Below the pieces are notes generated by a model. That model was not told where the DNA came from. It searched no databases and saw only the letters and a list, made by a program, of their open reading frames with translations. From positions 3,836 through 67,835 of the forward strand of contig JAKQKX010000062.1 of NCBI GenBank assembly GCA_029560465.1: 64,000 nucleotides of DNA. The letters are read 5' to 3'. The translations under genes and the position numbers were made by a program. Below, piece by piece: positions 55,088 to 64,000 of this stretch (position 1 is the stretch's first letter; every line of letters starts with the position of its first letter). Source of the stretch: Candidatus Omnitrophota bacterium. Lineage in GTDB: Bacteria; Omnitrophota; Gorgyraeia; Zapsychrales; JANLHA01.

Positions 55088-57418
55088 ATGTCACCTATCC
55101 TACATCGCGTTGCCCGGCCTTTAAACCGGATGTTTGCCGGATTATCTTTTATCCTGCTGGCGTTGCAGTTGCCTTTTTTAGCATCCGTTGTGCTCCCCGT
55201 CCATGACACCATGCATATCTTCGGTATATTTCACGCTTTTTATAATGAATTTTTTTTCCGCGGTAAAATTATGCAGTGGTTCCCGGAGGTCTCTTACGGG
55301 TTGCCCACCCATATGAATCAATTGATGAACCTTTCTCCCTTGAGTTATTTCGCCATGCTGGCCGGCAGCCTGTTGCGGATCAAGGATGTTTTGTTTTTAT
55401 ATAAATTGTCTTTATGCTTGGAAGCTTTTGTTTTTTTAGCCGGAGTTTATAAGTTAGCCGGCCTCTTGTTTCGGCGCAAAGATACGGTTTTCTTTGTCTG
55501 CCTTAGTTCTTTGGGCTCTGTTTTTCTATATGCTCAGATTTTTCTGAATTTCCGGATTGTTTATTTGTTCCCGTGGGCCTTGTTTTATTTTGTCCGATTC
55601 TCCCGTGAACGTTCTGGAGCCTGGCTGTGGAGCGGGGGGAGTTGCCTTTTGATCTCCCTCTGGGGCAGTTTACCGTATTACGCCGTGTTGTGGTTGATGG
55701 TGCTTTTTTTCCTGGGCCTGCCGTTCATCACCCGGCTTCCCGGTCTGGCGACGCGGGCCTTTTCTCCCCGGGGAAAATCCATTTTGATGCTGGCCCTTTT
55801 GCTTGCTTTGCTGGCGATTTATTTTTTTGATGCCCGTCACTTGACTTACGGGGTGACCCTTGTTTCTCCGGGGCGGGACAGCCAAAGCGGGCAGATCGCG
55901 GTTACGGAATTCATGGATTATGGCGGCAGGGGATCGTTGGGGGAGATCATGAGCAGCCTCTTGTTCGCCCGGCCGTTTTTTCTTTCTAACGGATCGGGGA
56001 TGGACAACACGGTTTATGTCGGCCTTATTCCGCTTTTTTTTGTTTTATGGGCGGGGGTGTTTGTCCGGGAACGGGGATTTTATGCGTTCTTTTTGGTTTA
56101 CGTCGTTTTGTTGCTGCTCGCTGTTAGTCCGTTGATGGCCCGGTTGCTTTACGCCTTTCCGGGTATGGCATATTTCCGGCATACCGGACTCGTGATGGGG
56201 TTTGCCAGATTATTCCTGATTGTCTCGGCTGGTTACGGCTGGGAACATTTCTGGAAGAGCGAAGGCTGGAACAACAGATTTAACCTGGCCGTTGTTTTTT
56301 GTTTTATTTTTCTGTGGGGGGGGGCGTTCTTTTTCTTGCTGTGGAAAAACGGCCGCTTTGAGCCTTTGCCGCTGTTTTCCCAAATAAGGATTGTCTTGCC
56401 GGGGGTGGTCTTTTTTTTATCTTTATTGGCCCTGGCTTGGGGGAAGACGGCGGTCCGTGGCCGGGGCGCGGGCCGGTTCCCGGAAGCGTTTATTGTTTTT
56501 TGCCTGGTGGATATGGTTTTGTTTCAGGTGGCGGCGTATCATCATCTGCCGCATTTGCGGACCCCGGAAGAGCGGGGTGTGCTTTCCAGCCGTTTTGTCA
56601 GCAAACGGCTGTTTCAGGCGGAACGGGTCCCACGTCCGCAGACCGACCGTTCCAAAAAGGCTTATCAGTTGATGGAAGAATTCGGGAAGGCCCCCCAATA
56701 CACATATAATGACTCCTTCTATCAGTTTGATCCCTGTTTTATCCCGGTCCGGGTGGACATGATCTGTCCCGGGATTGAGTATCTTTACCGGTTCAACCCG
56801 GTCCTTCCCACGGTCCTGTCCGGCTGTCATGAACCCAAACTGCGATTGATCAGCCGGGCCACGTGGATGGCCCCGGAGCAGCGGGACCGGGCGTTTCGTA
56901 ACCTTGTCGTGGCGCTTGAGCGTCTGTCCGTGATGCTGCCAGGCGGGCCTCAGAACGCTATCGCCGTCTTGACGGCCAGAACGCGGGGGCAGTTGATCCT
57001 CCCGGCGGAAGAGGCGAAGATGGGGCCGTCGGGGGCCGGGGGGGCGCCCATTGAACTAAGCCTGGAACAACAGCGGGATATCCGGGTGGAAGAGTATACC
57101 AGCGAACGTTTGCTATGCCGGGCCCGCGTGCCGGTTTCTCCCGGGGCTTGGATGCTTTATTCCCAGGCGTATCACCCGGGCTGGCGGGCCAGCATAGACG
57201 GGACAAGGGTTGGGATCAGCCAGGCCTTTGGCGCTTTTATGGCCGTCTTTGTCCCCGAGGGGGAGCACCATATCCTTTTTGAATTTAATAATGGGGCCGG
57301 GACGGTGTTAAGTTATCTGGTGGCTGTCGTTGGATTTTTGGCCGGGGGAATCTTGGTGTTGCTGTCATTCCGAGTTTTATTGAGTCGTGAACAGGACGGA
57401 GGACCCGGTGGCTGTTAA
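55088..57418 (+). CDS. YfhO-like GT-C polytopic membrane glycosyltransferase
   Basis: QWFP..SYGLP, YVGLIP, PGMAYFRH, C-terminal YSQAYHPGWRASIDG...AFMAVFVPEGEH plus TM. Confidence 0.75.
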   Translation: MSPILHRVARPLNRMFAGLSFILLALQLPFLASVVLPVHDTMHIFGIFHAFYNEFFFRGKIMQWFPEVSYGLPTHMNQLMNLSPLSYFAMLAGSLLRIKDVLFLYKLSLCLEAFVFLAGVYKLAGLLFRRKDTVFFVCLSSLGSVFLYAQIFLNFRIVYLFPWALFYFVRFSRERSGAWLWSGGSCLLISLWGSLPYYAVLWLMVLFFLGLPFITRLPGLATRAFSPRGKSILMLALLLALLAIYFFDARHLTYGVTLVSPGRDSQSGQIAVTEFMDYGGRGSLGEIMSSLLFARPFFLSNGSGMDNTVYVGLIPLFFVLWAGVFVRERGFYAFFLVYVVLLLLAVSPLMARLLYAFPGMAYFRHTGLVMGFARLFLIVSAGYGWEHFWKSEGWNNRFNLAVVFCFIFLWGGAFFFLLWKNGRFEPLPLFSQIRIVLPGVVFFLSLLALAWGKTAVRGRGAGRFPEAFIVFCLVDMVLFQVAAYHHLPHLRTPEERGVLSSRFVSKRLFQAERVPRPQTDRSKKAYQLMEEFGKAPQYTYNDSFYQFDPCFIPVRVDMICPGIEYLYRFNPVLPTVLSGCHEPKLRLISRATWMAPEQRDRAFRNLVVALERLSVMLPGGPQNAIAVLTARTRGQLILPAEEAKMGPSGAGGAPIELSLEQQRDIRVEEYTSERLLCRARVPVSPGAWMLYSQAYHPGWRASIDGTRVGISQAFGAFMAVFVPEGEHHILFEFNNGAGTVLSYLVAVVGFLAGGILVLLSFRVLLSREQDGGPGGC

Positions 57419-58547
57419 TCTTTTTAAAGGGAAGAGAATCTGGAACGGTTTAAAATTCGTCTGGCCTTTGCTGTTATGGGCGTTCCTATACCGGAATATC
57501 CTCCTGGCTCGAGCCCCTGTTTTTCCGGAAACTTTTTATATTTATTCCATCGTAAGGTTTGTTCTAGACAATCTCTGTTCCGGAGTTTTCCCTCTCTGGA
57601 ATCCTTACCTTCTTTGGGGAGTCCCGATTCAGATTTTTCTGACGTATATCGGGATTTTTAATCCGGCCTGGGGGGCGATGCTCCTCCTGAAGCTGGGGGG
57701 AGTGGATTCTTATCAGGCCTTTATGTGCGCGGCTTTTGGATATTTCCTGCTCGGGCAGTTTGGGGTCTATTTCCTGGCCCGGGCGCTGCTGAAGGACGGG
57801 CGGGCGGCCTATGTGGCTTTTCTGCTTTCCCTGTTTTCTTCCGCGGGCATGACAGTGGGCATTCAGTATCACATGGTTCTTCTTTTTGTGCCGGTGGTCT
57901 GGCTGGCGTTCTTTTTATGCCGGTTTTATCAAAAGGGTTCCGCGCGGTACGTTTTGGGCGCGGTTTTTTGTTCCGTATTGATTTTAACAACATATCTGCC
58001 GTTGTACGCGGCTGTAGTTTTTTCGTGGGCCGCCCTGGCGTTGTTATTGACCTGCCCGTCGGTGCTGATCATTTTCTGGAGAGGGTGCCGTTCTTTCGCT
58101 CTGCGCAACCGCCTGTTAACTGCGGGCGTGACCGCCGCGGTCATCTTTTCCGCCTTGCCTGGCCTGCTGGCTTACCGCAGTGTCCATCGCAAAGAGGTGG
58201 TCGTCCCCTTCCGGCACCAGGGAAGCCGGGTGTTTGACCAGGGGCTGGCTTACCCGGATTATGCCGCTTTTACCGACGGGGCGTTGGCGGCGCGCATGTC
58301 GTTGCGCGATTTTTATGCTGACTTGAATGAATTGAATTATGGCAACGAAGGCATCCTTTATCTTGGCGGTTGGGCCTTTCTGGTGTTGCTTTTGTCCTTG
58401 CCCAACCGGGTGACTCGCCGGGGCCTGTTTCTTGCTGTCTTTAGCGTTTTGATTGCTTTCTTGGCGCTCGAAAAGGCCACCCCGGTCCATAAATTTTTGT
58501 TTCAGCATATTTTCGTGTTCCGGCTGACGCAACATGCATTTTTTTAA
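57387..58547 (+). CDS. YfhO-like membrane protein, N-terminal half (frameshifted gene)
   Basis: GVFPLWNPYLLWGVP, LYLG; ends in GCA TTT TTT TAA. Confidence 0.7.
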   Translation: MNRTEDPVAVNLFKGKRIWNGLKFVWPLLLWAFLYRNILLARAPVFPETFYIYSIVRFVLDNLCSGVFPLWNPYLLWGVPIQIFLTYIGIFNPAWGAMLLLKLGGVDSYQAFMCAAFGYFLLGQFGVYFLARALLKDGRAAYVAFLLSLFSSAGMTVGIQYHMVLLFVPVVWLAFFLCRFYQKGSARYVLGAVFCSVLILTTYLPLYAAVVFSWAALALLLTCPSVLIIFWRGCRSFALRNRLLTAGVTAAVIFSALPGLLAYRSVHRKEVVVPFRHQGSRVFDQGLAYPDYAAFTDGALAARMSLRDFYADLNELNYGNEGILYLGGWAFLVLLLSLPNRVTRRGLFLAVFSVLIAFLALEKATPVHKFLFQHIFVFRLTQHAFF

Positions 58548-59706
58548 TCCATTTTTATTAACCGCGTTTATCCTGCTGGCGGCGGAACAGTTTAGGGTGC
58601 TGTTGCATGAAGGGCTGGACCTGCCTCGCCGGAGCTGGCAGGCCGCCTACGCCTTCGTGGTTCATTCCCTGGTTTTGTTTTTTCTCTTTCGGCAAGAGGT
58701 GATCCATACGACAACCCTGTTTGTGCCCGTTTTGAGCTTGGTTTTCTGGGGCAGGCAAATTTTTGGAAAAAGAGGGGAGGTGTCTCCCTTGGGGTGGGTT
58801 TTGCTTGTTGGCGGCCTGCTTTTACAACCCATGGAGGTTATCGGGCAGTATCAGCTTAACGCGGATTCGGCCTGGCCGTTAATCCGGGAGCATGCCCGAA
58901 TTCCAGCGCGTAAACCCGCTTTTTCTTTTATCCGGCCGCTTAGGCCGTTGTTTACCGGCACGCCGGAAGAAGAGCATGTCCTCACGGCTATCTATCGTAT
59001 CCGCCTGGAAGATTCGCCGGGATTCTTTATGCGGAGGCAGAACGCCTTTCCCTGCGTCTGGTCCTATTTTCTGGCCACGCATATCCCCGAGGCCGATTTC
59101 CGTCCATTGACCACCTATAAGTTTATTCTTTATGACCGGGTGAGAATTGTCGAGGAGGCTTCGCCCTTTGTGACGAGAAGCCCTGGAGACACAAGCGTGG
59201 CCGAGCCTTCCGGGATGAATCCTGGCCTTGAGATGTCATCCCTTTTGGCGGAAATGCGCGAGGCTTTTAGCCGGAAGCAAGATGTGGCGTTTGTTCATGT
59301 GCCGTTAAAATATATATCTCCTCCGTTGCACGCCCTGGCTGTCCGGGGCGAACGGGGGGGGCCACCCCTGTTCGTAGAAGCTGCCAGCCCGCAGGTCAGG
59401 CTGAAAAAATATTCCGTCAACGGCTTGACGCTCGAAACAGACCTGCCTCAAGATAAATTTTTGGTCTATACAGACAGTTATTCCCCTGGATGGCGGGTCA
59501 CGCTGGATGGCCGGCCCGTTCCATTATACCGGGCTAATTTGGCTTTTAAGGGGCTTCTGGTCCCGTCCGGCCGGCATAAAATCCGATTTTTTTTTGACCC
59601 GCCGTTGGTCAGTGTAGTCTTTTTTTTGCAGGAAATGATTGTCGTTGGGGTTTTTATCGCCGGTGTGGCGGCTTTTTCGCGCCGAAAGGGAAACGGCGCG
59701 GTTTAA
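58534..59706 (+). CDS. YfhO-like membrane protein, C-terminal half (+1 frame)
   Basis: FLVYTDSYSPGWRVTLDG...YRANLAFKGLLVPSGRH plus TM; the two halves sum to about the length of the upstream paralog. Confidence 0.7.
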   Translation: MHFFNPFLLTAFILLAAEQFRVLLHEGLDLPRRSWQAAYAFVVHSLVLFFLFRQEVIHTTTLFVPVLSLVFWGRQIFGKRGEVSPLGWVLLVGGLLLQPMEVIGQYQLNADSAWPLIREHARIPARKPAFSFIRPLRPLFTGTPEEEHVLTAIYRIRLEDSPGFFMRRQNAFPCVWSYFLATHIPEADFRPLTTYKFILYDRVRIVEEASPFVTRSPGDTSVAEPSGMNPGLEMSSLLAEMREAFSRKQDVAFVHVPLKYISPPLHALAVRGERGGPPLFVEAASPQVRLKKYSVNGLTLETDLPQDKFLVYTDSYSPGWRVTLDGRPVPLYRANLAFKGLLVPSGRHKIRFFFDPPLVSVVFFLQEMIVVGVFIAGVAAFSRRKGNGAV

Positions 59707-59815
59707 GCCGAATCATGCCGGAGCCGGGTGCCGTTGATTTAATAGGTGGGAGAGTCCTGCCGGATATTATATTGATGTGTTTTGATTTTTCTTATTATTA
59801 TGCTGTATAATGGGA

Positions 59816-59950
59816 TTAATTTTGCCCGGCTGAAGCGCGCCCGCTTTATCCATCCGTTACGGGAGGACGAGGAAGGTTTGTCGCTCGCGGTTGATACCGG
59901 GGGAACGGCCTGTTAGGCATGCGGGCCATTTCAGGGCAGGCTCAAATTAA
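59816..59950 (+). promoter_or_regulatory. Candidate structured 5' leader RNA
   Basis: Follows TATAAT 59806-59811; nested closing stems and four internal hairpins end just before SD AGGAG at 59951. Confidence 0.35.
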
Positions 59951-59961
59951 AGGAGAGGACA

Positions 59962-60780
59962 ATGGCCCCAGCGCACAACCAAAACTGGAAGGAATGGTAT
60001 CAGGGCAAAACAGTGCTTTTGACCGGCGCGACATCGGGGATCGGCCGGGAGATGGCCCGTATTTTAGCGGGGTGCGGGAGCCGGCTGATTCTTTGCGGCC
60101 GCAACCCGGAGGCGTTAGCGGCCCTGAAGAACGAATTGGGCCCGCAGGGGAACCAGGCGGCCCTGGAGACATATTGCCTGGATTTGGAAAACGGGGAAGA
60201 GGTCCGGGAGCTGTGCCGTTCTCTGCAGGTCCGTGACCCGGTGGATGTCCTGATCAACAACGCGGGGTTTGGATACATGGGAGATTTTGTCTCCATGCCG
60301 GAAGAGACGGGCCTGGCCATGCTGAAAGTCAATATGGACGCCGTGGTCCTTTTGTGCCGGAGCTTTTTGCCGTTGATGAAAGATCGTCCCGGGACTGGGG
60401 TTTTGAATGTCGGGTCGGTCGTTTCGTTCTACACGATTCCCGGGTCGGCCGTGTACGCGGCGACGAAACATTTTATCATCGGGCTGACCGACGCCTTGCA
60501 CCAGGAAATGCTGCCGTACGGCGTCCACGTCACCGGGCTCTATCCCGGCCGGACACATAGCCGGTTTTTGTCCCGGGCGACCAACGGGGCGTTGCAGCAA
60601 TGGCATAGAGCGGCCGACCCTGAGGATGTCGCCTGGATAGGTTTAAAAGGTTTAACGGAAAACAAGGTCCGGGTCCTGACCGACTGGCCCAATGCCGCCA
60701 AAGCGTTTGTGGCCCGGCTGGTCCCGATCCGGTTTTTTTTAAAGACCGCGGCTTACCGGGCGGTCCCGAAGGAGAAATAG
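59962..60780 (+). CDS. Short-chain dehydrogenase/reductase (SDR)
   Basis: TGATSGIG, LINNAG, YAATK. Confidence 0.93.
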   Translation: MAPAHNQNWKEWYQGKTVLLTGATSGIGREMARILAGCGSRLILCGRNPEALAALKNELGPQGNQAALETYCLDLENGEEVRELCRSLQVRDPVDVLINNAGFGYMGDFVSMPEETGLAMLKVNMDAVVLLCRSFLPLMKDRPGTGVLNVGSVVSFYTIPGSAVYAATKHFIIGLTDALHQEMLPYGVHVTGLYPGRTHSRFLSRATNGALQQWHRAADPEDVAWIGLKGLTENKVRVLTDWPNAAKAFVARLVPIRFFLKTAAYRAVPKEK

Positions 60781-60781
60781 T

Positions 60782-61864
60782 GTGCCGCGTCTTCTGACCC
60801 GCCTTTTAAAAACCGGCCGATGGCCTTCCTATGTGATATTTTTTGTCACGGCTCGCTGCAACGCGTCATGCAAGATGTGTTTCTACAAGGAGAACATGGA
60901 CAGCAACGCCGCCAAGGACGAGCTGACCCTTGACGAATATGAAAAGATTTCCCGCCAGATCCCTTTGATAAACGTGCTGGGCATTTCAGGAGGAGAACCT
61001 TTCCTCCGGCAAGACCTGCATCAAATCGTGGAAATTTTGTACCGTCATTGCTCTCCCGCCGTTGTCGACCTGCCCACCAACGGCTTTTTCCCGGACAAGG
61101 TGGCGCCCCAAGTGGAGAAGATCGCCCGTGCGTGCCCGGACATGGTCGTTGATATCCAGCTTTCTCTTGATGGCCCTCCGGAGGTGCACGACCATATCCG
61201 CGGCCTTAAAGACGGGTTTAAGAGGGTGCGGGAGACCTACCGGGCTTTGGTGCCTTTAAAAAACAGGTACCGGAATTTCCGCTTGAAGGCCTGCGTGGTC
61301 TATTCCGCCTATAACCAGGACTATATGGAGCCGCTGTTTGACATCCTTGAGAACGAGTTTCCCGCATTCGACCGGATCGTGTTTTCTGTCGCCCACGGGA
61401 GCGTTTGTAACGCGGAGGCGATGCGTTTTGACTGGGGGAAATATTTCCGGTTGTGTGACCGGATGCGCTCTATAGCCAGGGCCCGGCGCATAACCGATGT
61501 CCATTCGATCTTCACGATGGCTTTGCGGGTCGCCAAGAATGATTTGCTCAAGGATATTTTGGAACGCAAAGACATGCATAAAATCTGCCGGGCCGGGCAG
61601 GCGGTCATTGTCATCAACGAAACCGGGGCGGTGTTCCCGTGCGAGCCTTTGTGGCAGCCGGTCGGCCAGTTGAGGGCCAACGGTTATGACCTGAAACAGG
61701 TCCTTTTTTCGGAGGAAATGAAGCGGTTCCGTCGGCAGATCAAGCAAGAGGCGTGCACCTGCCACTGGGGGTTGCCGATGTCCAACACGATTATGCTTTC
61801 GCCTCGGTATTACCCGAAGATCCTGGCGGAGATGGCGCGGATTGCCTGGCGCAGCCGTAAGTGA
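60782..61864 (+). CDS. Radical SAM protein with SPASM/twitch-like C-terminus
   Basis: CNASCKMC, SGGEPFLR, PTNG, SLDG, CRAG...GAVFPCE. Confidence 0.9.
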   Translation: MPRLLTRLLKTGRWPSYVIFFVTARCNASCKMCFYKENMDSNAAKDELTLDEYEKISRQIPLINVLGISGGEPFLRQDLHQIVEILYRHCSPAVVDLPTNGFFPDKVAPQVEKIARACPDMVVDIQLSLDGPPEVHDHIRGLKDGFKRVRETYRALVPLKNRYRNFRLKACVVYSAYNQDYMEPLFDILENEFPAFDRIVFSVAHGSVCNAEAMRFDWGKYFRLCDRMRSIARARRITDVHSIFTMALRVAKNDLLKDILERKDMHKICRAGQAVIVINETGAVFPCEPLWQPVGQLRANGYDLKQVLFSEEMKRFRRQIKQEACTCHWGLPMSNTIMLSPRYYPKILAEMARIAWRSRK

Positions 61865-61885
61865 GCCCCTTGAGGAAAAAGACGG

Positions 61886-62773
61886 ATGTCTTTTAAATTG
61901 GATTTGCATATTCACACCCAATCGTTCGGCCGGACGTTTATGAACGAGTATCAGCTCAAAGAGAGCCTGCGGCGGCGCGGCATGGACGGGATCGCGGTCA
62001 CAAATTTTTTTAACATCACCCACGCGCTTTGGCTGAAGGAAAAGCTGCCGGAGTTTGTTATCGTTGTCGGGCAGGAAATTTGGACGGCCGCCGGCCATGT
62101 CATCGCCCTGGGGATCAAAGAAAAGATCGGGGATTTCTTAAGCGCGGAAGAAACCCTTCGTCGGATTCATGATCAGGGCGGGATTGCGGTCGCGGTGCAT
62201 CCCTATTTACACCTGGGGCTGGGGGGCCGTATCCGCCGGCTGCCTTTTGACGCCGTGGAGGTCTATAACGCGTCCCTCGGTTCAGTCGGGATTTATAATA
62301 TCCTCGCCCGGCGCCTGGCGCGGGGCCTGCCGCTGGGTCATGTCGCGGGAACGGACACGACGGACACAGCGTTCATCGGGCAGGGGTGCACGGAGGTTTT
62401 AGCCGACCGCCCGGAGGACATCCTGGACGCGATCCGGAGGGGCCGGACCAGGGTTTCCGGGAAGCCGCTGCCTTTGCCGCTGAAGTTTATCATTAAAAAT
62501 TTTTTGAAATACCGCGACCTGGAACCCTGCTCCCTTCACGCCACGCTGTGTCTTATTTGCGGCAAGTCGATGCGGGTCCGGGTTTTTAAGAAGAAATTCC
62601 GTTGCGAAGAGTGCGGCAAGATCGAAGCGGCGCGCGTGGCCTGCTGCAACGGCCACTATCTTTGTTGGGACTGCGCGACGCGGCGACTGCACGCGCGGGA
62701 TGACACGCGCCGTTATGAAGAGGAAAACAAGATTTTCAGGGAGAGATGCGGGCGAGCACATTTTCAACTATAA
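61886..62773 (+). CDS. PHP-domain phosphoesterase-like protein with a C-terminal Cys-rich zinc-binding domain
   Basis: DLHIHT, DGIAVT, GQEI..GH, VHPY, EVYNA, GTD; then CLIC..CEEC..CCNGHYLCWDC. Confidence 0.8.
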   Translation: MSFKLDLHIHTQSFGRTFMNEYQLKESLRRRGMDGIAVTNFFNITHALWLKEKLPEFVIVVGQEIWTAAGHVIALGIKEKIGDFLSAEETLRRIHDQGGIAVAVHPYLHLGLGGRIRRLPFDAVEVYNASLGSVGIYNILARRLARGLPLGHVAGTDTTDTAFIGQGCTEVLADRPEDILDAIRRGRTRVSGKPLPLPLKFIIKNFLKYRDLEPCSLHATLCLICGKSMRVRVFKKKFRCEECGKIEAARVACCNGHYLCWDCATRRLHARDDTRRYEEENKIFRERCGRAHFQL

Positions 62774-62828
62774 GGATTGTATATTTGAAGGAATTGTATA
62801 AGATGGGGAAAGGCAGATCCATAAGGGG

Positions 62829-62898
62829 ATCCAAGGGGCTGCCATCGTTCAGGCGAGTCCTGTGTCGGGCTCTAATTCACTCTGGCAACCCCTTGGAT
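62829..62898. repeat. 16-bp inverted repeat (15/16 match) with a 38-nt spacer
   Basis: ATCCAAGGGGCTGCCA ... TGGCAACCCCTTGGAT. Confidence 0.6.
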
Positions 62899-62944
62899 TT
62901 CGTATATATCGTTGAATCAACATCGTTATCATGAGGGACTCAAC

Positions 62945-63982
62945 ATGAACAGTTTGTGGAAAGATTTTAAACGTTTCCTCGGGATGATGCGGCTCTACGC
63001 CCGGGTGGGGTTGCGCCGCATGACGCCCCGGAAAGCGTACGTGATGTCCAGGTACTGGGTTTTAACGCAAATATTCCGCCGGAAAATCCCGTGGCTCATC
63101 GAACTTTCCGTGACGTACCGTTGTAATTGCCGCTGCAAGCACTGTTCGGTGTCCAATTATTTCAGCGATGCCGATTTGAGCCGGGAATTAAAAACGGAAG
63201 AGGTTAAAAAAACTCTGGATGAGGCCGTCGCCATGGGGATCCCCAAGGTGGATTATTTCGGCGGGGAGCCTCTTTTGCGGACGGACATTGTTGAGCTGGT
63301 CCGCTACGGGGAAAGCCTGGGGCTGTACATTTCTTTGACGACCAACGCCTGGTTTTTGACCCGGCCGATGATCAAGGACCTCAAAAACGCGGGGATCAGC
63401 TGCATCAATGTCAGCCTGGACAGCGTGGAGGAAGAAGAGCATGACCGTTTGCGCGGCCTCTCCGGCGTGTACCGACGGGCCGTGGAGGCGGTGAAAGGGT
63501 GCCATGAAGAGAGCATCCCCTGCATTGTCTCCACGTATGCCACCCGGCGAAGGATTCAGAATTTCGCGACCTCCCGGGATGACAGCGCTTTGACCGCGCT
63601 GATCCAATTTTCAAAATCACTTCAGGCCTCCGGCATCAGGATCCTGTTCCCTATTATTTCCGGAGAATGGGTCAAAAAGAAAGAAATAGAACTTTCCGAG
63701 ACGGAGAAGAGGCTGGTGATTGAAAACATGGACCCGTCCTTCGCGTTTATCGAGGGGGCGTATTCCGTGAAGGGCAAAACCAAAGTGTGCCAGGCGTTGC
63801 GGGGGCGGATGCTTAATATTTCCCCCTACGGCGATATTCAGCTTTGCGTCACGTTCCCGCATTCGTTCGGAAACGTGAAAGATAAAGGCTTGCGACATCT
63901 TGTTTCCAGCATGTGGGCCCATCCGATTTATAAAAAGAATAAAGGAACCAGCTGTTGCAGCACGGAAGATTTAAAAGTGTGA
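62945..63982 (+). CDS. Radical SAM protein with SPASM/twitch-like C-terminus
   Basis: CNCRCKHC, FGGEPLLR, TTNA, VSLDS, CQA...ISPYGDIQLC. Confidence 0.9.
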   Translation: MNSLWKDFKRFLGMMRLYARVGLRRMTPRKAYVMSRYWVLTQIFRRKIPWLIELSVTYRCNCRCKHCSVSNYFSDADLSRELKTEEVKKTLDEAVAMGIPKVDYFGGEPLLRTDIVELVRYGESLGLYISLTTNAWFLTRPMIKDLKNAGISCINVSLDSVEEEEHDRLRGLSGVYRRAVEAVKGCHEESIPCIVSTYATRRRIQNFATSRDDSALTALIQFSKSLQASGIRILFPIISGEWVKKKEIELSETEKRLVIENMDPSFAFIEGAYSVKGKTKVCQALRGRMLNISPYGDIQLCVTFPHSFGNVKDKGLRHLVSSMWAHPIYKKNKGTSCCSTEDLKV

Positions 63983-64000
63983 CGTCATTATGAAAGTAAC

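Noticed and set aside
63990-64000. Start of the next gene (ATG AAA GTA)
   Set aside because: Only three codons are visible, so it cannot be annotated

Overview
Gene-dense bacterial chromosome segment from a diderm organism. The gene style (many TPR, GT-C/YfhO and radical SAM proteins, T2SS, AsmA) suggests a PVC/Omnitrophota-like lineage; this is inference only. From left to right: two small promoter-terminator units, an orphan cheD-like gene and an EF-G paralog; panE, a Na+/glutamate symporter, receiver proteins and RNA-modification enzymes; a CPBP protease, a divergent secretin and a TMTC-like glycosyltransferase directly ahead of a type II secretion cluster (gspE-F-G-H-I-J-K-L-M-C-D); amidase-murI-queD-queC-queE-queF-rph-rdgB; an AsmA-like gene; a carotenoid locus (two-part lycopene cyclase converging on dxs-crtI-crtB); tRNA-Pro(UGG); two tandem membrane-embedded B12/radical SAM paralogs; an exported ~600-residue coiled-coil protein with an 87-aa repeat; TPR and YfhO-like genes (one split by a +1 frameshift); and an SDR/radical SAM/PHP operon with a structured leader. 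No CRISPR array, rRNA, transposase or integrase was seen. Best candidates for undescribed biology: the protease + glycosyltransferase + double-secretin T2SS, the membrane B12-radical SAM pair, the coiled-coil rod and several orphan structured RNAs. All calls were made by eye from motifs; no searches were run.
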